63,882 bases of DNA, filler included, from Reticulomyxa filosa (GCA_000512085.1; 14 parts of 14 records of this genome joined end to end with filler, not necessarily neighbours in it); one strand, 5' to 3'. Positions 1 to 13,479 are shown, numbered from the whole stretch's first letter. Program-made: numbers and translations. The notes: generated from the letters alone by a model not told the origin.

Positions 1-2994
1 GCTGAGAATGGATGAGTATATAGATAACGCACACAGATACTAATAAAATTTGATATATTTGTAACACATCATTGTTATTTTTTTTGTTTTGTTTCGCATT
101 TTCGAACAAACCAGAAAAAGATGATTTAGAAGTTTTTGAATTTGAAATAGATGTGTCATTTCAACTGTAGATCTGCGTTAGTCAATTCGATTGACAAAAA
201 TCACGCATTTATTGAAAACAAATAAGCAAATCCTAAAATGGTGAAAATAATTGTTTTAATGTAAATTCATGTATTCATACAATAGTTTTAAAACGTGATT
301 TGAACATCTCTCTCTGTTTTTTCTTAATGGTACATGAAAATTGACAAAATGCAGTTAAATATAAATATTATCCAATAATCGGTAAATATTTTGATATATT
401 TTCAATTTTCAATGTCGAAAACACTCAAACTTTCCTGAGTTCACATCTCCAGAATGTAAATTAATTTTTAAAATAATTTAAACAAGTTTATCAAACCATT
501 GATCTAACGTAATTTAATATCTGATATTTAAGTAATAGATGGTTTTTTTGTTATTATTAAGCACTTCCACTTACACAAAAGTTGCAAAGTGAGTCTCAGT
601 ATCTTTTGATGAATAATACATATTTAAGGAAGTGTGAAGTTATTGAATTATCAGAAATAATTCAATTTTTTTCTATATTGGCGAAAGTTTTTTAAAGTTG
701 TGCGAGCATGATAATGATAAAGACGTAAGCAAAACTTTTTTTCCGATTTAGAAATTATGCGTAAAAAAAATCTTGTGGTTGTTAATTTGATATCCTAAAC
801 AAAAAGTTACGGAAGAAATTATTTCATATTCATACAATTATTTAAGTAAATAAAATTCCTTGTGCTGGAATCCAAAATTTTTGAATAGGAATAGAGAATG
901 CAATAGAGTGTAATATCGTTCACATTAAAAATGAAGATTGATAACTGAGCCATTTTAAAAGTTTAGAACAAAAGTTTTTTAACATTACTGTTTTTTATGA
1001 ATGCACTTGCTAATAAGCAAAAAAATTGGATAATGAATAGGCTTGGCGTAGAAATGAATATGTAGCAATTTATTTTTGCAAAGAAAATAAAATATTTATT
1101 AATGATAAAACGTGTAATTTATTGACTTAATCACTTCAATTTTTGTTTCTACGTTTTGATCAGATACACTGGTCTTTCACAGATAAAAAGAATGCCAGAG
1201 CAGTTACAGTATTTAAGTATACGCTATATTTTTGTTTACTGTTTGCGTTAACATTTAAAATGAAAATTATATATAATGTTTTTATTTTGAAAAAACAAGG
1301 TTAGAAATTACCAGAATAAATTGCCAAAAGAAGTTCAAATTTGTGATATATAAATACAACAAAAAATAAATTTTTTTTCATGATTCGAATTTTACGAATA
1401 GAAAAATATGTTGAAAGCAATATAAATTGCACAAACGTAAGTAAAAATTATTTTGTTCAAACTTTACTTTTTTTTGTAACATTCAAAATACATTAAATTA
1501 AATATTTCCAATTGCAGCCTAAATGAACTGTATTTGTTATGACGTCAAATAAATTTCTATTCAGTTACAATGCTGACTTTATTATCTATATGGCTATTAT
1601 AAAGATTTAAATGATAAAAATGAAACTCAAAAAGAAAAACAATAAAATATTAAGTTAAACAGTCAGTAATATTATGTTAAAAAAGTTTGTTATGAAATTG
1701 TGTTTGCAAAAAAGATATAATAAAAAATGTGGAAGAAAAAAATAAATCAAAATAAGATAAAGAAAATGATTTTAAAAAAAATTTAACAAAATATGTTTGC
1801 CAATTTTATTTGCGAAAATTCACACTATTTTATTAGGTTACTACGAAGGAAATATTGCTTAATAAATAATATACCTGTTGAAATAGTTGTGAAAGTTCGA
1901 ACTGTGCTTTTTTTCTTCTTTCATACCTTATTTAAGTTTTGTTTTTTATTATTGAAAATTTGTCCATTCTTCCTCATGTTTTGAAGAAAAAAAGATCATT
2001 TACATCAAAAGGAAGATTCGTCTGAACTTGTTTTGCTTATTGAAGACTTTGTGATAATAGATACGTCCGTCTTAAATGATAGACTGAGTTTCTTTGCAAA
2101 AATTTGAGCCAGAAAAAGCTGACCTTAAAAAAAAAGAAATATCTTGAAAATTCTGTGAATCACGTTCATCTGCTCTATTTCTGCAATATGTAAGAACGTC
2201 TTGTGACTGTTGCTAGTAAATGAGTCTCTTTTTCGTACAGATTGTGAAGTGCCAATATCTGAAAAGACTTCACTAGTTTCCAATTAAGACAATAAATTTT
2301 TGAAAAGTGTGTATAGTTTTTATAAACCAAAGTATTTCTTTGTACAGAACGACAATTGCAAACTGATTGTTGTGGAATGCATAAGTAGTAGTACACACAT
2401 GCACTATTTTAAACTTATCAATATTGAAGTTGAATTTTTACCATTTCGATCTTCCAAATTTAAAATGCTTGTATGCAAACGTTTCAAACGTCTCGTCAGA
2501 AAAATTTCATTGAATACAACATGAAATAACAATTTGAAATAGCATTAATACGGCTGTTTTGATTTAGGCAAGATTATAAGTTACAAATGACAAAATATCA
2601 ATGCTTTGATAAATATCGACAATTCATCACGCCGAAAATATGTAAGCCCACAAAAGATCTGATGCAAAGTTTCAAAACACGCTTCACACCAAAAACCGCG
2701 GTGGTTTATATTTTTTTTATAACAATTCTTTATTTTATAATTCGCTGTGTTGTCAGCAGTGTATGTTAACGTGAATGGGGCGCCTGTTTACAATGAAATT
2801 AGTTTGAATTCAAATAACGCTTTACCTTTGTTAAATTGCAAAAAAGAAAGCAAAAAGGTTAGCAAGCGAAAGAAAGTAATATTTATTCAAAAGTTAGCAA
2901 GAAATTACTATGGTAATTTCAGAAATGACGGATCAATTGATTCTCATTTTTCCCTTTCAAAAAAAAAAGAAGACTGTTGATATTTATGTAAATT

Positions 2995-3917
2995 TCATCC
3001 CCAAATTCTGATTGTTTTGTCATAGGAACCCGATACAATAGTATTTCCATCAGGTGAAACATCAACTCCTGGCACATCATTAGAATGTCCTTCCAACTTT
3101 TGTATTTCGCATCCAGACTGAACATCCCATAGACGAATAGTTTGATCTTTTGAGCATGACACAATAGTTTGGCCATCAGGAAAATATTTTATTTCGTTCA
3201 TGATAATCGAATGCCCTCTGAATTTTTTCAGTTCGTTTCCTGACTCTACATCCCATATTCGAATGGTGGAGTCCCATGAGCAAGATACTATATATTGGCC
3301 ATCTGGAGAGAATTTCGCACATATTACCAAATTGGAGTGTCCTTTTAATTCTTTCAGTCTTGTACCTGATGTGATGTCCCACAGACCAATTGTTTTATCC
3401 TCAGATGATGATACAACCTTTTGATTATCTGGGGAAAATTGTATATTATGTACACGTTCTAAATGGCTTCCCAATGTTTTAATAGCCTTCCATGAACTTA
3501 CATCCCACAATCGTATTACGCAATCAAATGATACTGACACAATATATTTTCCATCCGAAGAAAAATCTACATCCCATATTGGCTCCACATCTCCTTTCAA
3601 TTGCATCACTTCTTTTCCTGATTTCACATCCCATAATCGAATTGTATTATCCCGTGAGCAAGAAATCACATTACGTCCATCGGGTGAAAATTTCGCACCA
3701 TACACCCAATCAGAATGCCCTTCGAAATTTCGGATTTGCTTTCCTAATTCAATGTCCCATATTCGAACTGTGCCATCGTCTGACGATGAAACAATCTTGC
3801 AGCCATCTGGTGAAAATCTTACAGTGTTTACTCTACCTCTGTGTCCTTGCAACACTTTCAACAATCGAAAATATTTAGCCTGTGCTTTAAATATTATAGA
3901 AATATTATCACTAAATT

Positions 3918-3957
<40 letters not shown>

Positions 3958-4073
3958 AATTGAACACAAAAGTTAACATATTTAACAATAATTTTGTCAA
4001 AATCATCGATCCATCCTAATTTGACGACTGAAACTCGAAGCCAATTTTGGATAACTATTCTTATTTTTCTTTC
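2995..4073 (-). CDS. WD40-repeat (7-blade beta-propeller) protein of an expanded lineage-specific family; exons ~3978-4073+ and 2995-3879
   Basis: Seven GH...SPDG...S.D.TIR.WD repeats in ORF 2995-3969. A GT..AG intron at 3880-3977 joins them in frame to an upstream exon ERKIRIVIQNWLRVSVVKLGWIDDFDKIIVKY. True start not resolved. Confidence 0.92.
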
Positions 4074-5213
4074 TGGCTTTATTTTTGTTAATCCATAAAA
4101 TTCATTTTGTCTTCAACCTGTTTTAGGGTTTTTCTTATTCCCTCAAAAAGAAACACATATCGTTCATTTATTAATATGATTGGTACCGAATATGCTCGCC
4201 ATTGTTTACTTTCATCTGTCCGAATTTTTGGCAACCCATTTCCCATTCTATTTAATCTTGAATGAATTTTGGTCAGAAATGAGCCAATTTATGCAAACCA
4301 AAAAAAAGATGTCCGATTACGTATCCAAAACCAAACTTAGAGTATGTCCCCGTCCTTCTCCAAAAAAAATTGCCGATTCTTTTATGTATGTTTTTATGCT
4401 TACATAATTAATACTCTTTCGCTAGAAATGGATACGTTGAAAGGAAAAGTTGAATTATTTTTTCTAAATGAAATCACCCTCAAAAGATTTTTAACGTAGT
4501 GAGATTTACTGTTTTCTTGTTGTCTAAAACCAAATCATATTTTTAATTTTCTAAATGATGGTTATTGAGTTTTGACAGTCTTTTTCAAAATATAACACGA
4601 AACCAAGCGAATGATGTGTGCTGTTACTCAGGACGAAGCCTTTAGAAAGATTTCTGCTTAAAAGTAACAAAAGATACAAATTTGCACATAAATCAAACAA
4701 TATCATATTACAAAACAAAAAGTCTACTCCACACGCCTTTTTCATTTGAATGTTTTTGGACGTTGTCTGAGCTGAGGGCTTTGTCTGCTTTCATTTTTTG
4801 GAAAAATTCGGATCATTTAAGAAATTCAAAATGAACAAGTTTTGTTCAATACAACCCAATTATGAAAACTTACAGTCTTCTATCAATTTCTGGTCTCTGA
4901 TGTTGAGTTTGTTTTACTTATTTTTGTTACATTTTTGGGAGTTGTACCAAAGACTTACAAGGTGTTATCCAAATTAAATTTCTTATGAACCGAAAATAAT
5001 GGTGGTCACTTTTTAGAAAAGAGGATTTTTAAAGAAAGGGACAGCCAAGACACTGAAGCGAAACTCAACACTAAATAACAAAATACGTATAAGTCATCAA
5101 AATTTCAATAAATTTTAAAAAATTGGTGAATAAGTCGTGGGCGATTATTTGTTGAATTTTTTTTTTCTTTTTTGCAAACACATCAAAAAAAAAAAAAAGA
5201 AAAGATATTAGAT

Positions 5214-6501
5214 TTATAAAAAAAAATCAATCAATTTCAACAATCTCCTCTTGAGGTTGGGAGGGTGCGGTATCATGTTGCACCGAGGACGATTCTGCTT
5301 GTTTTTGTAGCTTTTTTTGATTTTTTCGTTTTTTGCTAGTACTTTTTGGTTTATGGCTCGAATTAGTGGCAGGATCCTTGCCCGCCTTATTTTTTTGTTG
5401 GAAACATAGTCATTGGTAAGCACAGGGAAAATTTTGGAAAGGAAGGATTGCAAAGTGTTTTTTTCTTCGTGTGTCATCATCATGTCGACGCGAAGGAAGG
5501 CTTTCCATCCACTCACTGCTTTCCAGCGCAAGGGAATGTCTTTGATCGGATCTCCAATGTCCGACTTTTCTTCATCTTTCAAAGCAATGATGCACCCTCC
5601 CCCTTGCAAGCTTTGCAGCTGGTCCTTCACATCGCTAAAGCCTTTTCGAGTTCCGCAAACACCAGTTGGCCCTCAAAGATCAGCTTCACAAACAGTTCCT
5701 TCGGCACGTATGTGTACTGCTTCGTCATGTAAGGCATTATCTCGGCTATGCCGTCCTGCAGGACGCGCCATTTGCACGCGTGCTGACATACTTTGCTGTC
5801 GTGGCGCGAAAACGCACGAATGCCTTTTCAAAACAACATCAAAGGGGTATATAGTGTACATAATATATTATATACATATATAAATATAATATATAAATAT
5901 AATATATGTACATTAGTTGGGAAAAAAAAAAAGGGGGGGGGGGGGGGGAAAAACAATATCAAGTTCAATAAATAAATATTACCAGCGTGTTGTATTCGCA
6001 AAGTGCTTTTTTTGGATCGGACGCGCACAAGACGTCGTTGTAGTGATCAAAGATCATGGAGTTGATAGGCGAGGGTACCCACCAGATGGCATTGATTTTG
6101 TGAATTTCGCTGTATTTGATGTACAGTTCTCTGCGAAGCGTATCAGCGCCGCGGGAGGTGTCAAAGCCGTAGAAGCGACACATTTCCTCCCACTCTTTCT
6201 TTCCAGTGTTGTGTATGTCTTCACTATTACCATTGCCACCACTGCCATCTTTGTTGTGATCATGGTCTTCAGTCGACAGTCGATAATAAAACGTGGAATC
6301 ATTGGACAATTTCAGCATCAGTTTGCGTTGTTCTTTCGTGTCAACGACATCAGCTTCTGCCGTCTCCTTCGACCTGTTATTGCGTCGCGCGCTTTCTCGT
6401 TTTTTCTTACGTACACTTTGATTATGCAGTTTGGCTTCCAATTGCATCCATCGATCCTCATCACTATCGTCATTGTCATTATTATTATTATTATTATTAT
6501 T
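5214..6501 (-). CDS. NSUN2: tRNA (cytosine-5)-methyltransferase NSUN2/Trm4, C-terminal part (5' end lost at contig break)
   Basis: Stitched translation EEMCRFYGF...IWWVPSPIN...LRIQHAG|IRAFSRH...CKWRVLQDGIAEIMPYMTK...GGCIIAL...VSGWKAFLRVDMMMTHEEK follows the order of NSUN2 C-terminal motifs (KFYAL...LYMVS...VINTGIK...CAFRLAQEG...LCGWRG). Intron ~5825-5982; 1-nt frameshifts at T7 (6007-6013) and T4 (5643-5646). Confidence 0.75.
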
Positions 6502-6601
6502 NNNNNNNNNNNNNNNNNNNNNNNNNNNNNNNNNNNNNNNNNNNNTTAATTAATTAANNNNNNNNNNNNNNNNNNNNNNNNNNNNNNNNNNNNNNNNNNN
6601 N
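6502..6601. other. Artificial contig spacer N44-TTAATTAATTAA-N44
   Basis: Exact 100-nt linker with stops in all frames. Confidence 0.98.
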
Positions 6602-6685
6602 ATTTTGCTTTTCTATAATCATGATAATTATTATTTCACAAATAATAGAGTAAATTGATTTTAAGGATTCGACAAAATTAGTTTT

Positions 6686-6775
6686 ACATGGATCCTGAGT
6701 TTTATTTTTTCAATAAATTTATTTAAAAGAAAAATGCTCTTATGATCTTTGTACAAATTGTCATTACTGCGACTA
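6686..6775. repeat. Degenerate single TIR of the 'TATGGATCCTG' MITE-like family (cf. 51881-52580)
   Basis: tacatggatcctgagttttatttttt...tgatctttgtacaaatt resembles tatatggatcctgtattttgtttttt...ggatctttgtacaattt at 51879-51955. Confidence 0.45.
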
Positions 6776-7396
6776 CATTCTCTCAAACAACGCAGTTATT
6801 CATAAGCTGCTTTGAATATCTACTTCAAATGCAATTCATCAAATTAAATCAATAATTATACCACCCATAATCAAATTATATTATTTACATTGAATCTTGT
6901 TTAAATGAAAAAGTAGATCAAAACTTATGTGGCATAAGGTTTTGTCAGCTCTAAAAACAAAAAATACAATGAAAATGTAATGCATATTTAATTGAACTCA
7001 ATAAAAAAGTTAAATATAAATATGGCAACTTTGTATAGTCACATTCAAATAACAATGAAACACATCGTAAGCAATGCAATTGCAATAAAACGCATCACAA
7101 CAACTTTTGATGATAACACATTCAAATCTTATTTGTTTATGTAAGGTGATATTGTTATGGTTCGTTTCATCATAATTAAATTTTTTTTGTTAAAAGGGAA
7201 TTAATTGAATTCGACATCAGAAGCTGTTAAAGCAGTTTTGCTTGAAAATGTGAAAGTATATCTTTTGAAATGGGGCATCGTCAATTTGAGTGTTTCTATC
7301 TCAAGTTGTGCATTTTAATTTGAAAAATTTTCTTAATGTAAGAAAAATGACAAAAAATCATTTTTTAAGGGGAACACAAAAAATTTGCAATGGATT

Positions 7397-7630
7397 CAAT
7401 ATCAAGCTTTTTTCACCGGAATTTCACAAATATGTTTGCAATATATTGTCTATAATCCAAAAGTGGTTTGGTCATTTTAAATTTTTATACATATTTTAAT
7501 TTTGTTATCGATACTTAGGTCTAACTTTGTACAACATCAAGATTTTTTTACCGGAATTCACTTATCTGTTTGCAATTCATTTATATCGTATCAGATTGGT
7601 TTTGTAATTTCAAATTTTTTAAATTTATAT
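7397..7630. repeat. Diverged tandem duplication, unit ~135 bp
   Basis: caatatcaagcttttttcaccggaatttcac...tgtttgcaat versus caacatcaagattttttta-ccggaattcac...tgtttgcaat. Confidence 0.6.
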
Positions 7631-7794
7631 TCATTTTTTTAATAAACCATTAATTCTTGAGTCATTGTTCATTACAGTAATAGAAAACTAAACATCATAT
7701 AATCCAAGCAAATGGTATTTTGGAAAGAGGAACACTTGGACTACTCAAATATACTTTTTAGTTTTTATAATTTTTAATACAATTTCATCATAAC

Positions 7795-8384
7795 ACGAAA
7801 TTTTAAAAATTTATTTGGAGCAGAACTAAATTATAAAATAATTTGATCAAAGGTGGAAATTACCAAAAATGACATTCAAAATTTTATTAGTGGGATTATT
7901 TTAGAATATGATATTAGAGAAAATAGTAATAAATATGATATGATCATTGTTATTATTAGTGGACACGTAAAAATAAAGATATTCTAATTACAAGTGATGG
8001 AAAATATTTATTTATCGACAAAATAAAAGAATTTCGACGAGATAAAATTGATGCATTTAAAGATCTTACAAAAATTTTTATCATTACATAGTGAAGTTAG
8101 AATATCATAGAAAAAGATCAAATTATAAATAATGCTTATGACGATTTTGGATTATTTACAATTTGGTCAAATTCACAAATACAAGAAATATCAAAATTAT
8201 CTTTTTTAAGCAAAACAATGGAAAGAATTGTCAAAAAAAATACAAGATTGGATATACATTAAATGCTATGTTACATCATATTAGAGAAGATATCAATAAT
8301 GGAGATTATGGCAAATATTATTCTGTAAAAAGTGAATATAACACTTGTTATAATATTATCTTTCAAAAAAGAAGCGATTTGTAA
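7795..8384 (+). pseudogene. Caspase-like (peptidase C14) gene remnant
   Basis: Translates with stops and frameshifts as NFKNLFGAELNY...KYDMIIVIISGH-[fs]-KDILITSDGKYLFIDKIK...DAFKDLTKIFII. This is the caspase His(-Gly) strand followed by the PKIFII strand; the catalytic DxCRG segment is missing. Confidence 0.7.
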
Positions 8385-8584
8385 ATTTGATTTAAGTTTT
8401 TATTTTTTCAATTAATTACTGAATATATTTGTTATTGCATTTTGCCAATTTACTTTTTAATTTTGATACAAAACAATAATTTCTAAAATTCTCTTCACTT
8501 TACTTTAAAAAAAAAGACATATTGTGATATGTCAGTTTTTTGTCAATTCTCTGGAGAGATAGCTCTTGTCTCACTAGACCCATC

Positions 8585-8684
8585 NNNNNNNNNNNNNNNN
8601 NNNNNNNNNNNNNNNNNNNNNNNNNNNNTTAATTAATTAANNNNNNNNNNNNNNNNNNNNNNNNNNNNNNNNNNNNNNNNNNNN
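8585..8684. other. Artificial contig spacer
   Basis: N44-TTAATTAATTAA-N44. Confidence 0.98.
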
Positions 8685-10733
8685 TTTTTGGATCACAAGG
8701 ATCGGCGTTTTTGCGTCTTCTGATTCGATTTCACGACAGAAAACATAAATTCGCACAATCTTGGAAGTATGATCGCCCTCACATTCACTCGTAGGGACAA
8801 ATTCTGATTGTGCTTCGCACTCCATCGTCCTCTCTTCAAGGATAATGTCGACACACTTTTGTAATAAATGCTGGCAATTATCTTCTTCGGTCAATTCGTG
8901 AAATTCATTCACAACTTTGAGCAAGTTCACGATTTCTTCACTTTCTCCACTCGGATTTGTGGGCTTTGTCTTTTCGTCATGCTCATCCTCATTTGCATCT
9001 TGGCTCTGCTTTGAGGGAGATAATGCATGCAACAACGAAACTGGTACTTGGCATGGCTCATAAATACATTGCACGATTACCTCTTTGGCCAAATCCAGTT
9101 GGATCGCTCTCTTTTGCCACATCACTTGCTCCATTTTGCTTTCTCTAACGTTACTATCTCCCCCTTCTTGGAGTAGTTTCATCAATGTGGAGCCCATTTT
9201 CGGCAGCTCGTTGTTTTGCCATTGTTCCCACGATGGTTGTTCTGTATGTTAGATAAAGCGACTTATTATTCAATTGACATAAGTATACCAAAAAAAAAAA
9301 AAATTATACGTTGGGATGGATCTTCGAGCCACTTTTTGACATCGCAAAAATTACTTGCTTTGTTTTCAATTTCTAAAGATGCTGAAATATCTTTAATTTT
9401 ACGACTGTCCAAACACAAACAAAGAAAGTTTGTATAAAATCAAAATCATATGTACACATGTATATATATGCGCGTATATACATTGGAGCTTTTTCAATCA
9501 GCTTCACATCCACAGGTATGTACTTTTGTTTTTCAAATCGAAGCCGAAAAGATAATTTATCCCCATCACGCAATTTGGCCACTTCTGGTACAATGTTACT
9601 TGGAAATACCACATTTGTCTTCACACCGCAAACATGCAAAAAAAAAAAAAGAAAGCAACTACGAGAGTGCGAAGAAACAACTGTTTGTGTAACATCAACC
9701 ATCAAAACACGTAACTTTTCTTGTGTCAGAGTGGGGTTTCATCGATACTGAAAACATTTTGTTAGTATACGTGATAAGTTCTTCATACACAGGCCACTCA
9801 ATATTTTCCACTACCAATTTTTTGTTTTCATTCAATGTATACGTGCATTGAATTTCGTCACCTTGCTTCAATTGCAAATGTCCCCACTGCTTGTCTTCTA
9901 GTGGCGCATTCGCTTTTTGGTTGTTCTGGAACAACATAAAAAAAAAAAGTGTCACTCTTTTCCTTCTTTTTCAATTTACACTAATAAATAAATAAAAATG
10001 TACAGTGTTATTAATGTCACCTTCAGATTAAATGTAACAACTTTCGATGTCAAATTTACACTTGCGACTTTTCCATACTCCACTTTTTTTTCGACGGGCT
10101 TTGGTTCATTTTTGGCATCTTCGTTGGTGGCACTATTGGTATTGTTTTGGGTGGAATCATTTTTGTTTTCGTCCTTTGGAATGATCTGCTTTTCAGCTTC
10201 TACTTGCCTTGGGGTTGATTCTTTGGCTTTCTCGTCATCCTTTGAAGGAATTTCGTTCCCATTTTCTGGTTTCTCTTTGGTGGATGCTTTACTACTTTCC
10301 AAGTTCGTTTCGACAGGTTTTTCTGATCTTTTTAGTTTGTTTATTTAAAATGAAATGATATTTTCCCAAAAATAAAAAAGCCAATCAACTCATTTTGTAA
10401 CTGAAAATGTACTAAAAGAGTGGCTCTATTTTTTGTTTGCTATCAACTGCAATTTTTCAGTGTCTCCTCTCATAAAACCATCGACATCAAGTGGCTTCAT
10501 GCTTTTTTTTGGCGCCATTCGTTCAATGCACGCAATAGTTTTGATTGTTGACCTTCAACCAATTCTGCTTTTTTGAATACATTCCGCCATTTTTCGTTCG
10601 GTAGGACGACCACGCTTTCCATGTCGTCACATCCTAAAACGTCGAACAATTGCTCTAAAACTTTGTCCACATACTGTTGTCTCAATATTCTTAAAAAATC
10701 TCTAATTTCTGCTTTCCCTGGATCTTCTGCCAT
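8685..10733 (-). CDS. Multi-exon hypothetical protein, N-terminal part: SAM-like helical N-terminus, acidic linker, cold-shock/OB-fold-like segments
   Basis: Consecutive minus-strand ORFs (10497-10757, 9976-10302, 9695-9955, 9373-9705, 8685-9197). YGKVASVN..., LKQGDEIQCTY and LRDGDKLSFRL resemble CSD/OB strands. Frameshift at the A-run near 10503-10510; truncated by the spacer. Confidence 0.55.
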
Positions 10734-13323
10734 TGTGCAACATACAATGACGAGCAAAAAAAACCTTCGTTAGTTTGTTTATCAATATTGCATCCCTTGC
10801 TCAAGTATTTATGTAATTTGTATATTCTTTCTCTTACGTTGGATTTCCGCAATTGACAAAATATATTTCTATCAGCTTTTTCATTCGATAATGCTAATTG
10901 ATTTTTATTACGCATAAATAATCTTCAAATTCTCTTCAGAGTTATTATGAATTCCTCTCTTTCTTTTTTGTCTTAATTATTTTTACCTACTGATGTTTAT
11001 CAAAGTTAATAAAAGTGAATTTGTAGCTCAGAAATGAGCAATCTACAATTTGCAACACGATAGCTTACTGAAATAAATAGCATTAGAAAAGTGTGTTGTC
11101 TAACCATAATGCAAAATAAGGAGTTTTATCGATAACTGACACACTTAGCACTACTTTATCAATAGGCTTAAAGCATATCCATTTTTTTTCAATTTCAACA
11201 ATTTTTAATGTGTTGTTTTGAATAAGATAACGCTCTAAAGTTTTTGTCTGTTTAAAAGTTTTGAGAGTGGGCTCGAAAAGAAAAAAGTAACTGCCAACTG
11301 TCAAAGAATTAAACTCTCAAAAAACTTGAGTACCACTTCTGTTTATCAAATACATTTGTAAAAAAATACTTTTATGCTCTCCTTGCGAAGTTTGTACGAT
11401 TTAAATATCGCACATTATTCATGGCACAATTATATTCAGTCTCTAATCTTCCGTTCCTTTCTGGAGTCACTATTTTTTTCTCGAGAGTAACTTTTCCTTT
11501 TCGAATTAACAAAGAAACTTGGTAATTTTAGTTTTTACTGGGAAACAACTTTAGGGATATGAAAAAGAAAAGCAATATAAGATAGTTCATGTAGTAATTT
11601 GCATATTATTACTTGCGATATAACTTTCTGCGAAAAAAGTCTTTAAAAAATGTTGATTTTTGACTTAGAAAATCGATATATCATAAAATGTTATTTTGGT
11701 ATGTCAAAATTTTTGTCCTTACATTGTAAAATCAAAATTATATTTAATTGAAAAAATAACCTGTCAAGATGCAATAAATATTTTCTCTATTTGTTCAATT
11801 AAAAAAAGGAAAAATGTAATCAAAAGCCTATGTCGATTACAACACCAAATTATATTTTTATTCTTTGGCACTACAGTTGCGACAAAAAAAATTAGACAAC
11901 CCTAAAATATGAACTTTTTGTGTTTCTAAACAAAATTTTAGTAGCAAATTGTGATTATTTTTTCTGGTTTACTTTATATACGTTTACATTTTTATAAGTA
12001 GTTGTAAAAACAATAAACAAAAATTTAGAAAAGTTGTTTGAAGAAAAAAATTTTCAAAAATGATTGTAATTGAGGCACAATCTCCACATCACCTTGAGGT
12101 AGGTAGCAGAACGTATTTGCTTTTTACAAAATTATTTACAAGAAGATGCTTGATTTTAAAATGTTTTTCACATTGCTCACGGAGAACGCTCTTTTATATG
12201 TTCGTACGAGTAGTTGCTGCAAATCTACTGCTGTTTATGCCTCTCCAGAGTAAATTAAGCGCCTCGCAAGCCTAGCATCTCTATCAGTTCAAGTTTTATG
12301 ATATCCAGAGCATGTTGACGACCTGAGGTAAACTTTTTTTGCTGTGTCACGATGTATACCAAATTGCTGGCCAGCCTCACTATACGACATTTACATACTT
12401 ATTCTTTCAAATAAAATTCATTGTTGTATTACAGACAGCTTGTGAGTCATGACTAGAGGCCAAAGAATAACAATAAAAACAAAAAACTTGTTGGAATGTT
12501 GAAAAAGAAAAGTTTAGATGACCGCAACTAAAGCAAGATGATCTTTTGATGTAAGATAAAAAAAATGCTTAAACTTTTGTTTATAAAATGAAATTTCGGG
12601 TTGGTCAATGTACTTTGTTTCATTTAATAAAGAAAGAATAAAAAAAAATTATACTATCAATAACAGTATTAAAAAAAAAGAATATGGCCTTTTAAGGAGA
12701 TTGTGTAAAATGATTGAAACAGAAAACACATTTCTCAAATGGCATCATACAAAAAGACGAAGAATAAATAGCACGTAAATAGCATGGAAGCAAAGAGAAG
12801 ACACAGTGTTTGCATTTGATGCAACAAAGCAACGATATAAGTTTAGCGAAAAGCGATGGAAAGTCGTGGTAGTGAGAACGGGACATGGGAAATGAAAGAA
12901 AGACAAAATGAAAGGAGAAAAAGAAAAGATAAGACATATTGATACGTTTAATTGACCACGTATCCGCAGCGTATGCATTGATGCCAAAAATACAAATAAG
13001 CCCATCACACGAGCAAATCAATAAAAAAATAAAAGCGAGAACGAGTGATCAATCCAATATAAAGATAAAAATAAAGATAAAGACAAATTTAAAGAAATTA
13101 AAAATAAAGAAAATAAAAATAAAGCTGCAATCGATAGTAATTACAAATCGTATTTCTTTGCGGAGCATGGCGAGACTAAGTGTGGTGACATTGGCGTGAG
13201 CGACCTGGCAGAGGACATACTAAGAAATGGTCAGTCTATCGTGCAGTACTAATGAATTCGTATGTATCACGGCTGCCACAACCAAGGTCGTGTGTTTGTA
13301 CTTTACATTTTAAGCTGATCCTA

Positions 13324-13379
13324 CAGTAGCTTGCAAAAAAAACTGAACGCCTAAAACATATCTTATAATGATAATTGAT
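13324..13379 (+). mobile_element. Terminus of a second Tc1/mariner-type family (TA|CAGTAGCTTGCAAAAAAAACTGAACGCCTAAAACATATCT) at contig end
   Basis: Starts CAGT after TA; near-identical to 32375-32414; both copies end at assembly breaks, as expected for a collapsed repeat. Confidence 0.7.
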
Positions 13380-13479
13380 NNNNNNNNNNNNNNNNNNNNN
13401 NNNNNNNNNNNNNNNNNNNNNNNTTAATTAATTAANNNNNNNNNNNNNNNNNNNNNNNNNNNNNNNNNNNNNNNNNNNN
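13380..13479. other. Artificial contig spacer
   Basis: N44-TTAATTAATTAA-N44. Confidence 0.98.
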
